Below, in pieces: positions 36,846-48,934 of a DNA stretch of 64,000 bases. A program made the translations under genes and the position numbers. Source of the DNA: Zygnema circumcarinatum SAG 698-1b (lineage: Eukaryota > Plantae > Zygnematophyceae); NCBI GenBank assembly GCA_037447605.1, contig CM074819.1:248001-312000 (forward strand). Direction: 5' to 3'. The notes under the pieces were generated by a model. It worked only from the letters and a program-made list of their open reading frames with translations. It did no database searches and was not told where the DNA came from. The stretch's first letter is position 1. Each line of letters begins with the position of its first letter.

Positions 36846-37206
36846 TATAGATCCGTATGTATCAAACGCGTGTATTAATACACTGTATAATACATGCGTA
36901 TTATACACCATTTTAAAAATACAGTGTATTTTATATGTATTTAACGTATTTTCTTTTGATTTCTCGCTAATTGAACAGAGATTGATTATTGGCCAACCAA
37001 CAACTCAACACGTGTGACGGGCCACACGTGTGACACGTGTGGCCGTATAGTTCCGTACACAGTTTTCGTACAGAAATTCCGTACGACTCTATGTCTGGTT
37101 GTACGGATGTTAACAGTTGCGTTCGGGTTTTATACAATGTAAAATACTGTATTAATACTGTATTATACATTGTATTAAACCTCAAAGTGTATAATACGGA
37201 TCTATA
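36846..37206. mobile_element. 361-bp hAT-like MITE with perfect 8-bp TSD CTCGCCTC
   Basis: TIR TATAGATCCGTAT / ATACGGATCTATA with subterminal TTAATACA(C/A)TGTATAATACA; TSD at 36838-36845 and 37207-37214. Confidence 0.8.
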
Positions 37207-37419
37207 CTCGCCTCGCTACCATATCGGGGTTCATATTGAATATTTCCGATACAGTATCCCTCCCGTATCGGTTCCGGCAGCATCGCACCCGATATATCGT
37301 CCCGACCGACCGACCGACCATCCAGCGCGTGTGCACCGTACGATCTGCAGCGGCACGGCGGCTGCCGTACAGACGACAAAAAGTCCATACTGTACAAGAA
37401 ATTTTTAGCGTTTTAGATT

Positions 37420-38440
37420 GGGTAGTGTTATTTCCACCCTTTTTTTTGGATCAAAAAACCCCTTCCCGGCCGGGCAGATTTTAAAAAGGCTTAAAAACGG
37501 AAAATGCTTTTCTCACACCTTCTTAGAATCGATACCCACCTTTTTCCGTCGACAGAATATATTTTTGCAAAAGGAAAATGATACCCGTCACCCCGTTTTG
37601 AATATCTCGTCCCTCTGATTGAGAGAAAAAAAATAATGTTAGGGCCTGCCCGAATCTGCTCGGACCGGAAGATCCGTCCGCCACGAGATCGTTCACTGGT
37701 GTCCGTCCTTTACACGTGTGGTGAACCTCAGCCGCCGATTCTCTTGCAAATCGCACCACGGTAGGTCACAGCCGGGCTCGGTCCCAGCGAATGGCACGTG
37801 CCCACGTGTCCCACTCAAACCGTATCGCACGGGCAAGTGCGCGCGTCCCTCGGCCCGAGATGACCGCCAGCCTGGGGCGGTTCGCCATTGACAACTGGCA
37901 ATCATAATCTGCCACGTGCTATTTTTATGACGTGGCAAATGTTTTTTTGGTCAAGGCAATCAACAAATTCAATTTGCGTTTCCTCGAAGTTGCGACCGTA
38001 CAACGTTTGTACAGACCCACTTTTGAGTCGGCTTTGGTGGGACACATGGGCACATCCCATTCGCTGGGACCGAGCCCGCTCTGTGATCTGCCGTGGTGCG
38101 ATCTACCAGAGAATCGACGGCGGAGGTTAACCGCAAGTGTGAGGGACGGCCACTCGCGAACGATCTCGTGGCGGACGGATCTTCCGGTCCGAGCAGATTC
38201 GGGCAGGCCCTAACATATGTTTTTCTCTCAAACAAAAAATCAGGGGGACGAGATATTCAAAATGCAGTGACGGGGTATCATTTTCCTTGTTTTGAAAAAA
38301 TAAAATCTGCCGACGGATAAAGGTTGGTATCTATTCTAAAAAGGTGCGAGGAAAGCATTTTCCGTTTTTAAGCCTTTTCAAAATCTGCCCGGCCGGGAAG
38401 GGTTGTTTTGATAAAAAATGGGGTGGAAATAACATAACCC
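37420..38440. mobile_element. ~1.0-kb foldback element, long TIRs starting GGGTAGTG, 8-bp TSD with one mismatch
   Basis: Arms are inverted copies meeting at GCCACGTG..TATGACGTGGC (~37915-37935); flanks TTTAGATT and GTTAGATT. Confidence 0.85.
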
Positions 38441-38629
38441 GTTAGATTTGAGAATTAGAACGCTTTAATATCTAAAAGTTTCAAACTCTTTTAGAACGTT
38501 CGTACGATTGTTGAGATTGTGCAACACATACGGTTTGTACGGCCCACGAAGTGGCGCTGGCCTGTCAGTGGCTGCCGGATGTTCGTACGATCGTACGATT
38601 CTCCGGCAAGTTTTAAGGCGTTTTATAAA

Positions 38630-39573
38630 GGGTAGTGATATTTCCACCCCTTTTTTGGATCCAAACACCCCTTCCCGGCCGGGCAGATTTCAAAAAGGAT
38701 TAAAAACGGAAAATGCTTTTTTCACACCTTTTTGGAATCGATACCCACCCTCCATCGGCAGATTTTATTTTTGCGAAACAAGGAAATAACCCGTCACCCC
38801 ATTTTGAATATCCCGCCTACCTGAATTTTTTTCACAATTGCGGTCAATCGCAGCCGTCGATTCCCTCGCAGATCGCAACACGGCAGATCAGTATTTGATC
38901 TGCAGCCGGGCTCGGTCACAGCGAATGGCACGTGCCCACGTATCCCGCCAAACTCGTCTCAAAGGTTTGTCCGTACAAATGTCGTACGGTCGAAACTTTT
39001 GAGGAACCCAATAATTCGTACATTGAGAGCTTGGACCAATCAAAGTTTTCCACGTCATAAATTTAACACGTGGCAGATGTTGATTGGCTGAGAGCTGACA
39101 ATGCACGAGATCTCGGGCCGGGGGACGCGCGCACTCGCACTTGCGATCCGGCTTTGGCGGGACTCGTGGGCGCTTTCCATTCGCTAAGATCGAGCCCGGC
39201 TGCAGATCGAACGGTGATCTGCAGTGGTGCGATCTGCGAGGGAAATCGACAGATGCGATTGACACGCACGTGTGAAGGACGGACACCCGCGAACGATCTC
39301 GTGGCGGACGGATCTTCCGCTCCGAGCGGATTCGGGCAGGCAGATATTTCTTTCCCTCAAAAAAAAAATTCAGGGAGGCGGGATACAGTATTCAAAATGC
39401 GGTGACGGGGTATCATTTTCCTTGGTTAGCAAAAATAAAATCAGCCGACGAAAGGTGGGTATCGATTCCAAAAAGGTGTGAAAAAAGCATTTTCCTTTTT
39501 TAATCCCTTTTGAAATCTGCCCGGCCGGGAAGGGGTGTTTGGATCCAAAAAAGGGGTGGAAATATCACTACCC
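38630..39573. mobile_element. 944-bp foldback element of the same family, perfect 8-bp TSD TTTATAAA
   Basis: Starts GGGTAGTGATATTTCCACCCC and ends GGGGTGGAAATATCACTACCC; TSD at 38622-38629 and 39574-39581; centre near 39060. Confidence 0.88.
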
Positions 39574-39594
39574 TTTATAAAACGGCCTGACTTT

Positions 39595-39975
39595 TAGGGT
39601 GGGGGTCCATCAGCGATTTTTCGCCGACGTGGAGGTACAGGCGTTGTTTTGGAGGATGATGTGGCGCCGTCGTGGCGCCGACTAGGACCGACGTGGAGGT
39701 ACAGGCGTAGTTCCCCAAAACATACCCCCTGAAAAAAATTCCCTAGAACTATGCCTGAGTTTTCCAATCGTGCGCCGCCGCGTGGCGTTGAAGATCCGTT
39801 CGAGATGCCACGGGGGTACGGCGGCCACGCTGGCGCACAGCCGCCAACGCGCCTTTGGCGACGCACGTACGGTAACCGCGGTGGGCCACGGTGGACGAGT
39901 AAGTGTGTCCACGTGGCGTCCGCTGATTGGCTCGCGCGACCTCTGATGGAACCCGCAATTCTCCCTTCATGACTC
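39595..39975. mobile_element. Non-autonomous element with TAGGG-type left TIR, cut by an assembly gap
   Basis: Starts TAGGGTGGGGGTCCATCAGCG; 39749-39975 is shared in direct orientation with 48955-49070. Confidence 0.55.
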
Positions 39976-39985
39976 NNNNNNNNNN
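39976..39985. other. Assembly gap (10 N); others at 259-268 and 12017-12026
   Basis: Runs of n; true gap lengths are unknown. Confidence 0.99.
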
Positions 39986-40271
39986 CGAAGCGTGGAGCGT
40001 ATTTGATGATGCCTCTTATCTAGTGAAGAAGAATGGATGTATTATAGGAGATGAAGAGCTTAAAAGGACAATATTTGCAGCGGAAACGACAATTGAAGAA
40101 GAAGAGGAACAAAGACGCGACATGCCTATAAAGCCAAGGTATGCTATTGGCTTTCTGCTTTCTGCTTTTCACTTTCTGCTTTCTGCTCTGTGCTTTCTGC
40201 TTTTTGCTTTTGGCTTTCTACTCTTCGCTTTTTGCTTTTGCTTCTCTCTCGTGATTCCCCCGCTTCGCCGC

Positions 40272-41792
40272 TAGACTCTGCATTCTTGCATTCCCGGGTG
40301 ATTCGCATTCTCTATTCTCGTGATTCTCGGTGATTTTGCTTTCTCGATTCTGCATTCTCGCATTCTCAAGATTCTGTATTCTGCATTCTCAGATTCTGTA
40401 TTCTCGTGATTCTCAGCATTCTCAAGATTCTCAGATTCTCGTGACTCTCAAGATTCTCCTCAGATTCTGCATTCTCGCGATTCTGCATTCTGTATTCTGC
40501 ATTCTCGACTTCTGTATTCGCGATTCTCAAGATTCTACATTCTCGCGAATCTACATTCTACATTCTCGCCATTGTTGGCTTCGCTCGCGATTCCCCGGTG
40601 ATTCCGTGATTTTGTACAAGTGTCGCCGTACTTGCATTCGGGTATTTTGTATTCTCGTGATTCTCGTATTCCCGCATTCCTCGCTTTTGGTTGGGCTTTC
40701 TTCAAATTAGGTACATTTTATGTCACTCTTTTCAAGAATTATTGAATTAAGGGTTTCTTTTCTCTCTGCTTTTGTGCGTATAACCATGTACCAAAGCCAC
40801 CATTAGTTTCTCAAGTGGTGTTGACTCAAAAATCTAATGAAGGCATCATAGCACGCCTGCACAAAAGCAATTTGTTGCTGGGTTTCGTTAAAACAGGGTC
40901 GAGTGCCGCCCACATCTCGAAAGAAATGGCAAGATTTTGGTTTTGGAGATTAGACACGGTACTCCGTTGAACGCAGTCCTTTAACCCCCAAAGACTTTGT
41001 CTAATAGTATTTTTGCATCAGAACATGCCCAAAAACTATCAACATTTTATAACACACACGATCACGATTCAGCGTAAAGTGTTTAAAACTGCAGTTCGTA
41101 AGTATACGCGGAGATCATGGCCCGCTTCTACCGATGAAAGACGACTCAGTAAGTTATCTTTTTGTTTCTTCTCGCTTCTCAAGATTCTCACAGATTCTGT
41201 AGATTTCCTCGCGATTCAAGATTCAAAGATTTTGCATTCTCGCGATTCTCGCATTCTCAAGATTCTCGATTCTCGCTTTCGTGATTCTCGCATTCTGCAT
41301 TCGCAGATTCTCAGATTAGATTCTCGGTGATCTTCTCGCGATTCTCGCGATTCTCGCAGATTCTCCGTGATTCTCGTGATTTTGTATTTTGCTTTCTCGA
41401 TTCTCAGATTCTCAGATTTTGTATTCCTCGTGATTCTCGGTGATTTTGCATTCTGCATTCCTCGCAGACTTCCTCGCGATTCTCGCGATTTTGTATTTTT
41501 GCATTCTCAGATTCTCGGTGATTCTCGCGATTCGGTGATTTTGCAATCTCAGATCGATTTTGCATTCTCAGATTCTCGTGATTTTGTACACCGCATTCTC
41601 GCATTCCGTATTCTCGATTCTGCATTCTCAGATTCTCATTTTGTATTCCTCGTGATTTTGCATTCTCGTGATTCTCGTGATTTTGCATTCTCGGGTGATT
41701 CTCGCATGCCGCAAAGATTTCCCCTCGCGACGCCGTGATTTCGCAGATTCTCGCGATTCTCCGTGATTCTCGCAGATTCTCGGTGATTCCCC
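40272..41792. repeat. Two degenerate (G)ATTCTC(G) microsatellite-like tracts (~40272-40690 and ~41165-41792)
   Basis: GATTCTCG, CATTCTC and GATTTTGC variants throughout; they generate spurious ILDSR-rich ORFs. Confidence 0.85.
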
Positions 41793-41932
41793 GTGACTTC
41801 AAGCAGTTGTTTGTCGCTTCTTTCCCTCTTTGTCGCCTCGACCTCCTTCTCTCCCTCCTTACTTGCTCTCCCCCTCCCCCCCCCTCCCTCCTCCTCCCTC
41901 TCTAAATGTCTTTTAGTTTTTTGTGTCTACAG

Positions 41933-44821
41933 GATGTTCATTGATCCTAAACGAGGGACTGTTAAGGATAAACTAGCGCTTTCAGACTTTCAAAAGTTAT
42001 TAAGGTATATGGGGTCATTCAACAACGAAACATATTTAAAGTATGGTAAGTATGGTAGCTACAGCAAAGGCAATGATGCTTCGAGGAGATGACCAAAGAT
42101 CAATTCGGTTGGTCGATCTATTTATTGATGATATGGCTACAACAGCTATTGGCCCATCTGAATGTACTGTCCTAGGTGTGGTGTCACGTGGGGGGAAAAA
42201 GAACTCGGGAGGAGCAGATCCGGAATTTTGCAGTCATGGATGGATATCAATAATGATATTTGTTCCACGTGTTCATTGTATCGTAAGAACCTCCTCCGTG
42301 ATCTTCGAGCAACTACCTTTTGGTGAGTCTAAACTTATCCAATCAACTATTATTTGTGTATTTTGTTTTATATTTTTGCACAAATGTATTGTTTTTATTG
42401 ACACGTTTGTTTGTTGATTTGCAGGTACAAAACCTTATTGTTTCCATCCAAAGACTCCACCCAGGTTGAAATGTGTAATGCGGAAGCACAAATCAAAAGT
42501 TCATGAAAAAATCATTGGAGCACTCCTAGGATCTCCGCTTGTTCAGAACCTTGCACATATTCCGTGGCGCGGCAGCAAGGGAATGTTTCGCGCACTCTTG
42601 TGGGTTTGATCAAATCCAGGTGGCAGGGAGGTGGGGCCAAGCTTCAAATAAATCCCTTGCAATCAATTACCTTTCTTCGATTGTCCCTCCCGTCTGTAGG
42701 GTGCTTGCAGGATTCAAAAAGGAAGGCGATGATTATTTTTTGGAGCGTTCTTGTCTTAAACCAAATGAAGCGCTTGTGAATATGGTTTTCCCATTTCTTC
42801 CCGACCTTGAAGCTATTGTACAGCAGGTAATATGTCATACTGCATGGATCTTTTGGCTGGAAGTCAAAGAAAGGGTGTGAAAGAGATTGAGGGGAGGGGA
42901 AAGGGTTAACGTTATGTGTTTTTATGGGTAGGTTACTCGTTGAGGGCCTTTTAAGTCTCGGAATCTTTCAGCAGGAGGCTTTGTGGACATGCTGCGTTAT
43001 TTTGCATGTGTTTTATTGCAAGATGCATCGTTCGCTCCACAAATTCCATTGTTCGCGAATCATCCATTCTTCCAACGGTGAGCAATGGGTATGGTCTTCC
43101 TTTCAAGGTTGTTACTGCTTTTTTTGTTGCTGGCCCTTTTGCACTTGCTGCTTTTAGTGCTCCTTTCTCTGCTTCTGCTGCTGCTGCTCCTGTTTCAGCT
43201 GTTTTTGCTATTGTTGAGAAAACACTGCTACAGCTGCTGTTGCTACTGCTGCTATGTTTTCTGCTGCGACTGCTTCTTTTTTTGCTTTTGTTGTGTTAAG
43301 TCACAAGTGGTGATGCTGTTGCCGCGGGCTGATTGGAGGTGAGCTGAGAGCAAGAAGGAGTGAAGGGGCTTCATTAACGGGTGAGGCGGACGTCAGCCTG
43401 TCTTGAGTAAGGTTGTTATTTCGAAGAAGTTCTCAATTTGGCGCAGAGCGCCAGGATCGAAAGGAGCAGCCAAGGAGGCCTCGGACAGATCCGCTAAGAC
43501 AACACACCATGGACTCGAACTATGGTGAGTAAAACCATGCTGCATCACCATCACCATCTCTTAGTGTGTAATAAACAAAATTGTATTGATATCCCTCATT
43601 ACAGTCCCATTTTCGCCACTAGTTGTATAGTTTTCAAGTGTCAACTTTTTTTGTTGATTTATGGGCAAAGAGCAATATTTGCAGGGGAGCAATGAACACC
43701 AGACACAAGTGGGACGACAAAGCCGGGGTGATGGCATGGACCAAAGGTCAGAGCTGGGAAGCGAAGGTAGAGGGGAGTACTTGCAAGGCGGCATGCAGGA
43801 AAGGACAGATGTGGGCAGAGAAGGCAGGGGCCAAGACATGCAAGGAGGCACGGGGCCAAGCATGGACGAGGAAATGAACGGTTGGGGCCAAGGCAGTCAA
43901 AGAGGCAGGGGAGCAAGCATGGACGAGGAAAGAAACGGTTGGGGCCAAGGCAGTCAAAGAGGCAGGGGAGCAAGCATGGACGAGGAAAGAAACGGTTGGG
44001 GCCAAGGCAGTCAAAGAGGCAGGGGAGCAAGCATGGACGAGGAAAGAAACGGTTGGGGCCAAGGCAGTCAAAGAGGCAGGGGAGCAAGCATGGACGAGGA
44101 AAGAAACGGTTGGGGCCAAGGCAGTCAAAGAGGCAGGGGAGCAAGCATGGACGAGGAAAGAAACGGTTGGGGCCAAGGCAGTCAGAGAGGCAGGCCAGGA
44201 ATGGGGCCAGGCATAGAGCCAGGAATGGGGCCAGGAATGGGGCGAGGAATGGGGCCAGGAATGGGGCCAGGAATGGGGCCAGGAATGGGGCCAGGAATGG
44301 GGCCAGGAATGGGGCCAGGAATGGGGCCAGCCATGGGGCCAGCCATGGGGCCAGCCATGGGGCCAGCCATGGGGCCAGGGGCTAAAGACGGTCAGGGACT
44401 TAGAGTGCATGTTGGGAAACAGTTAGATAGATATTTAGTCAGCATGCACACAGATGTACTTAGCTTGTGGAAGGAGTTCTGGATTGTCGGGCCAGAAGGA
44501 AAAAAGCCCATCATCGAATTGATGGCATTTTTTGGTGTGACGCGTTGGTACAGTGGTGGACGACAAGGAGAAAATAATCGGAAAAATGCTTGGTGGAATC
44601 GAATGTATCCTATTGTCATAGAAATTATATGGAGGATGGATGTGAGGGTGGTGAAGACGGTGAAAACTGCAGTGGCTGCATCGCCCTTCAATGATGAAGG
44701 GGCTGTCAGTCCAAAACCATTGATGGTTTGGTCCGGGCTTAAAAGGTGGGATGTTGTTAAAAGGGGGAACAGTGGGACTGGTCGTGAAGCTTTGGGGAAT
44801 GTTGGAAAAGAACCGGATTGA
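41933..44821 (+). mobile_element. Crypton-like tyrosine-recombinase DNA transposon gene (NDC10_II-like YR domain plus C-terminal GCR1_C-like domain), spliced and decayed
   Basis: FIDPKRGTVKD, MMLRGDDQRSIRLVDLF, RGGKKN, LHIFRGAAARE..QIQVAGRW..NYLSS..RVLAGFKK..YFLERSCLKPNEALVNMVFPFL, AGGFVDMLRYFACVLLQDA..NHPFF, and terminal exon 43685-44821 with VLSLWKEFWIVGPEGKKPIIEL..RW..RMYPIVIEI. A +1 frameshift near 42040 and an in-frame TAG at 42527. A further upstream exon is possible at 39986-40137. Confidence 0.8.
43861..44378 (+). repeat. In-frame coding tandem repeats: 57-bp unit x~6 (MDEERNGWGQGSQRGRGAS), then 12-bp unit x~15 (GPGM/GPAM)
   Basis: 57-bp units start at 43861, 43918, 43975, 44032, 44089, 44146; ATGGGGCCAGGA units from about 44200. 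Confidence 0.92.
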
Positions 44822-47800
44822 GCAAATGGCTTTTTGGAAAATGGTGTAAAGTAAAAAAAAGAATGATGTGTGGCTATAGTATAGCAGAGAAAAGGAAAAG
44901 GAAATAAAAGTAAATTAGAATGTCCAACTACATGCGGTAGAGATTTGCAGCGCTTCTTGGAGAAGGCCGCCATTGTTAAAGTAAGCTTCTTTGCCCACTT
45001 TTCTCCCCATGCATTTTATATTTTTCTTTTTCTTCATCAACTTGGTGATTGTTCTTCTTCTCCCTTCCTCCCTGCAACTTGCATCCCTTCATACCTCCCT
45101 GACATGAAAAAATCTGCTTTTAGGGTTTGTTAGGGTTCTTTTCTATCTCAATCCGTGTTCAGTTTTATGAAGTCATATTGCTTGACTTTAAAAAAAGCTT
45201 ATATTTGGTTTGGTGGTGACAGCAGTTCAGATTTCGGCGGCGGCCCACGTGTTGGTGGGAGAGCCTCGCCTCGCCTCGCCTGTAGAGTAGGGCCACACTC
45301 CTCTTCGGCTCGCGTGTACAAACCACAGGAGCTCCTCTGAAGGTGGGTATGGCCAACAATTATCTCTCTGGTCAATTGCCTGAGTATGATAAGGGGAAGT
45401 GAGTATTATCATCTGAAACCTTTCTTTTTTTTTTTTCTTTCTTTTTTGGAGAAGGTATTAGAGGTAGGGCCTATTACTGAGACGATGATATCAAAGCGCA
45501 CGCAGGGGATGGAGTTAATGGATGTGTTTGCTGGGAAATACAGGAACTATGGCGCAGCTTCACGGTGTGGGGCTAGTGCGGAAGCTCTTGCAGCTACTGT
45601 TTTGGGGATATTCCCCTTGTGTGGCTTTCCCCGCCACTGGCGCGTCATGGTGATCTGCTTCTGCCTCTTCTTCTGATGCTGTGAATGAGGTAAGCAGGCC
45701 TTTCTACCCCATTAATCTGAGACAGACTATCTCACATTAAACCGTAAAGGGAACAAGATCTTCTAGGTGTTGTGGCTCAGGCCCGCCAATGGCCAGGCAT
45801 GTGTTTAGTTCGTCCTAGAAATGTGGTGATGTGGAGCAGAGTGCTGTAAATAGTGAGTTCTCTCAATGAAGGGTGTTCCGGTGTTGGCTTCACCTCTAAC
45901 CATCCGGTCCCGTTAAAGTGCGATACGGCCGTTACATTTTTGTACCATACATCATTAAGCCCTTCCTGTCCGTCTATTCATCTTTTTAATAGCTGGAGGG
46001 TTCGCAGTATTTAATGTTGCTTTGGTGCTCACGTTGTTGTCCCTTAGCAGTTGCTGTTCGTCAGGATTCGTTTTTTCGGGAGCATATGACGAGCTTTTCT
46101 TCCCTCCTTCAAAAAAAACGAGGAGTCTTTTTTCCGGCCTCGCCTTCTCCAACAATGCTCTCTTGGGAAAGATCACCGAAAATGAATAACGTCTAAGAAG
46201 ACTCTGTCGTCACTTGCCATGAGAGCGCCCCCTTGCAAAGGCGGCTTTGAGGACAGTTTCGCTTCTTTCAAATTTGTTTTTTTTTTTTTTTTTTTTTTTT
46301 CTAAATATGCTCAGAGCGAGAGAAACGCTCGCTCTGAGCTTTGTTGTCAGTCAAATAGAATTCGCATGCTCGGAAGTGGGCAAGGCTTTGCCAGGACCCA
46401 AATTTGCACTGTGCATCCAATTGTGACTGAGAGCCGACTTTGTAAATAAACGGGTGGCAACTGAATGAAAGCGCCCCTTCTTCTTCCTCCTCTCTATTGA
46501 AAAGGTCCATATGGGGATCGTTTGTGGCCTTGGAAAATGTAGATGAGTTGAGAGCAAGGGAGAGGTAGCGAGGCAGGCCGGGGAGCAGGGGGGGGAGCGG
46601 AGCAGGTGGGGAAGCGGGGCAGGGAAGAAAGAGGGGTGAGAAGACGAGGGAGAAGAGAGACAAAGAGGGAGGGAGAGAAAGGGCGACAAACAAATACATA
46701 GATAAATATAGGGGTGGAGAGGGAGAGAGAGAGGGAGAGCGAGAGGGAGAGGGAGAGGGAGAAAAGTACATGTCGGCAAGCACCTGCCCTACAAGCTCCG
46801 TGGAGTTTTCTCCAACAGCAAAACACCTGCCGTACATCCCGTACACGACATCGCAATTGCTGCCGCCCGACTCAATCTGTACGGCGGACGACAAAGGGAC
46901 GGGGAGGGGAGGGAGAGAGGCAAGAGAGCCGACCCCAGGACGCTGTCGGGCGGTCTGCCATCCCCCCAAGACATGAGCGTCGGCTGGCAGCGCTGGTGCG
47001 CGCATTCCGCTAAAAATTGGGGGAAATTATTCCACTCACCGCCTCTCTATCGCGTCGCTCCAGTTGTCGAGCAAACGGAAGGTCGGAGTCGTCATGCAAG
47101 TGTGCGTAATTTAAATACAAACGACTGAATGTTTTCCCTTTTATACTCTTGTGCGGGCGTGCGTGGCCGTGCCAGACGACGATTCGGGGCAGTTGCAGGA
47201 CTGCATCGTACTCAGTACGGGACCGTACGTAGTTCTGAAATTAGAAATTGGACACCCCGAGTGTAGCAAGGCCCCAGCTGAACTGAGGGCTGAATTGTGC
47301 TCCACTAGTGAGAAATGGCCGACTTTGTAAATAAAAGGATAGGCTCTGGATGAAAGGCCATGTCAAACCTCAAGACATATGCTGGGGTCGTTTGTGAGAA
47401 TTTCAAACGCTTAGAGCAACGGAGAGGGAGGGAAGCAGAGAAAGGATAGAGGGAGAGGGAGGGATGGAAAGGCGGGATGAGGGAGAGGGAGGGAGGGAGG
47501 GTGGAGGGAGGGAGGGAGGGAGGGAGGGAGGGAGGGAGGGAGGGAGGGAGGGAAGGAGGGAGGGAGGAAGGGAGAGGGAGGCGACCTCGAGAGTGGACCC
47601 CTGGCCAGCCTCAGGAAGAGCGCCTCCCCCACCCACCCTACCTCCCCTTCCTTCCCCCCTTTCCCCTTCTTTCAGCATTTACTACTTCCTCCCTCTTTGT
47701 TACATTCCTTGGCATTGCATAACTGGGAACCACTGTCCATGGTCCTATCTCGCCATCACTTGCTGGTAAAACATGGGCGTCTGCGTGAGAGACCAAATTT

Positions 47801-48685
47801 TTCTTTTCGCCGATAGTCACATAAATAGAGCGAGAGATAGTGGGGAGGGGGGGGGGGGGGGGGGACGAGCAGCAGCAACCACAGCAGGCAAAAGGCAAAG
47901 AAACACAGCCTCACGGAACCAATCGCAACAAACACAATCCAAAAAAAAAAACCGCGCAACCCGACACAACCAAAGGCAAACGAACACAGCGAAGCACAAA
48001 CAAACACATACAAAACCAGACAGGTGCAATCTTATGCAAAACCATGCAATCAATCACAACCTCGCGCATCCGTATGCGAACAAACACACAAAATACATAT
48101 AAAGCGAAAGAACACAACTAAACACATGCATACACAATCACACGCAAACATACGCAACCAAATATGACCACACACAAGTAGACGTGAACAACCGCAACCA
48201 CACAACCAAACTCAAACGTAACACATGTTAGACAATGAATATTGCATGATTCCCTTTTCATGACTTTTGTGCCTTTGGGAAATGAATGACATGTGTGTGG
48301 ACACGACCAAAGAATCGCAAAACGCAGAGGAGCTAAGAGCGATTGGTAATGGAAGTGGCATTGAGCTCATGATGCCGAAGCCATGAAAAGTACGTGGAAA
48401 GGAGGTGGAAAGCTACGCCGAGGCACAACAACGCCTACGCTTACGCGTTTGGTACGAGTCTCCTGATAACCACATGGCTGTGTGCGAGGGTGGAACATGG
48501 GCGGTCGCGTGCGAGGCTTCCCTTGGCCGCGGGCCGCTCCGGTGCAGCCCGAAGCGCGGCGGCTACCGGCTACGGCTACGGCTACGCGTACGCTCGAGTT
48601 ACAGGTTACATGCTGCGGTTACGGCGGGGGCTACAGCGTGCGGGGGCTACGGTGTACGGACGCATAGAGCCCGAACTCGCGAGGA

Positions 48686-48729
48686 CTCCACGTAGGCACC
48701 ACGTAGGCGCCACATAGGCGCCACGTCGG
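48686..48729 (+). repeat. Second 11-bp-phased CCACGTAG array (4 copies)
   Basis: Motif starts at 48688, 48699, 48710, 48721; same spacing as 8847-8902. Confidence 0.6.
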
Positions 48730-48934
48730 ACAACCGATTCAGTCGTCGCATCGTGACCGCACATTGAGCGTGCGAAGCGAAATCGACGGCAGGCGGCGCG
48801 CTGCAGGAAGTTAGTGAAACTCTAGCTACTTTCGATCCCTGCAGCGAATGCGCACGTCCGTACCATGGTTTTCCGCTGCACCGAGCCGCGTTTTTTGCGG
48901 CCCCAACGCTGCAGGCACGTGTGGAGCATAGTGA

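Noticed and set aside
40330-41802. ILDSR/ENHENL-rich ORFs
   Set aside because: Translations of the degenerate ATTCTC repeat, present on both strands.
18201-44378. 29-, 57- and 65-bp tandem repeats considered as CRISPR-like arrays
   Set aside because: Head-to-tail repeats with no unique spacers, no cas genes, and a eukaryotic context.
47400-48240. ORFs over GGGA and CA-rich tracts
   Set aside because: Low-complexity sequence with no splice-consistent model.
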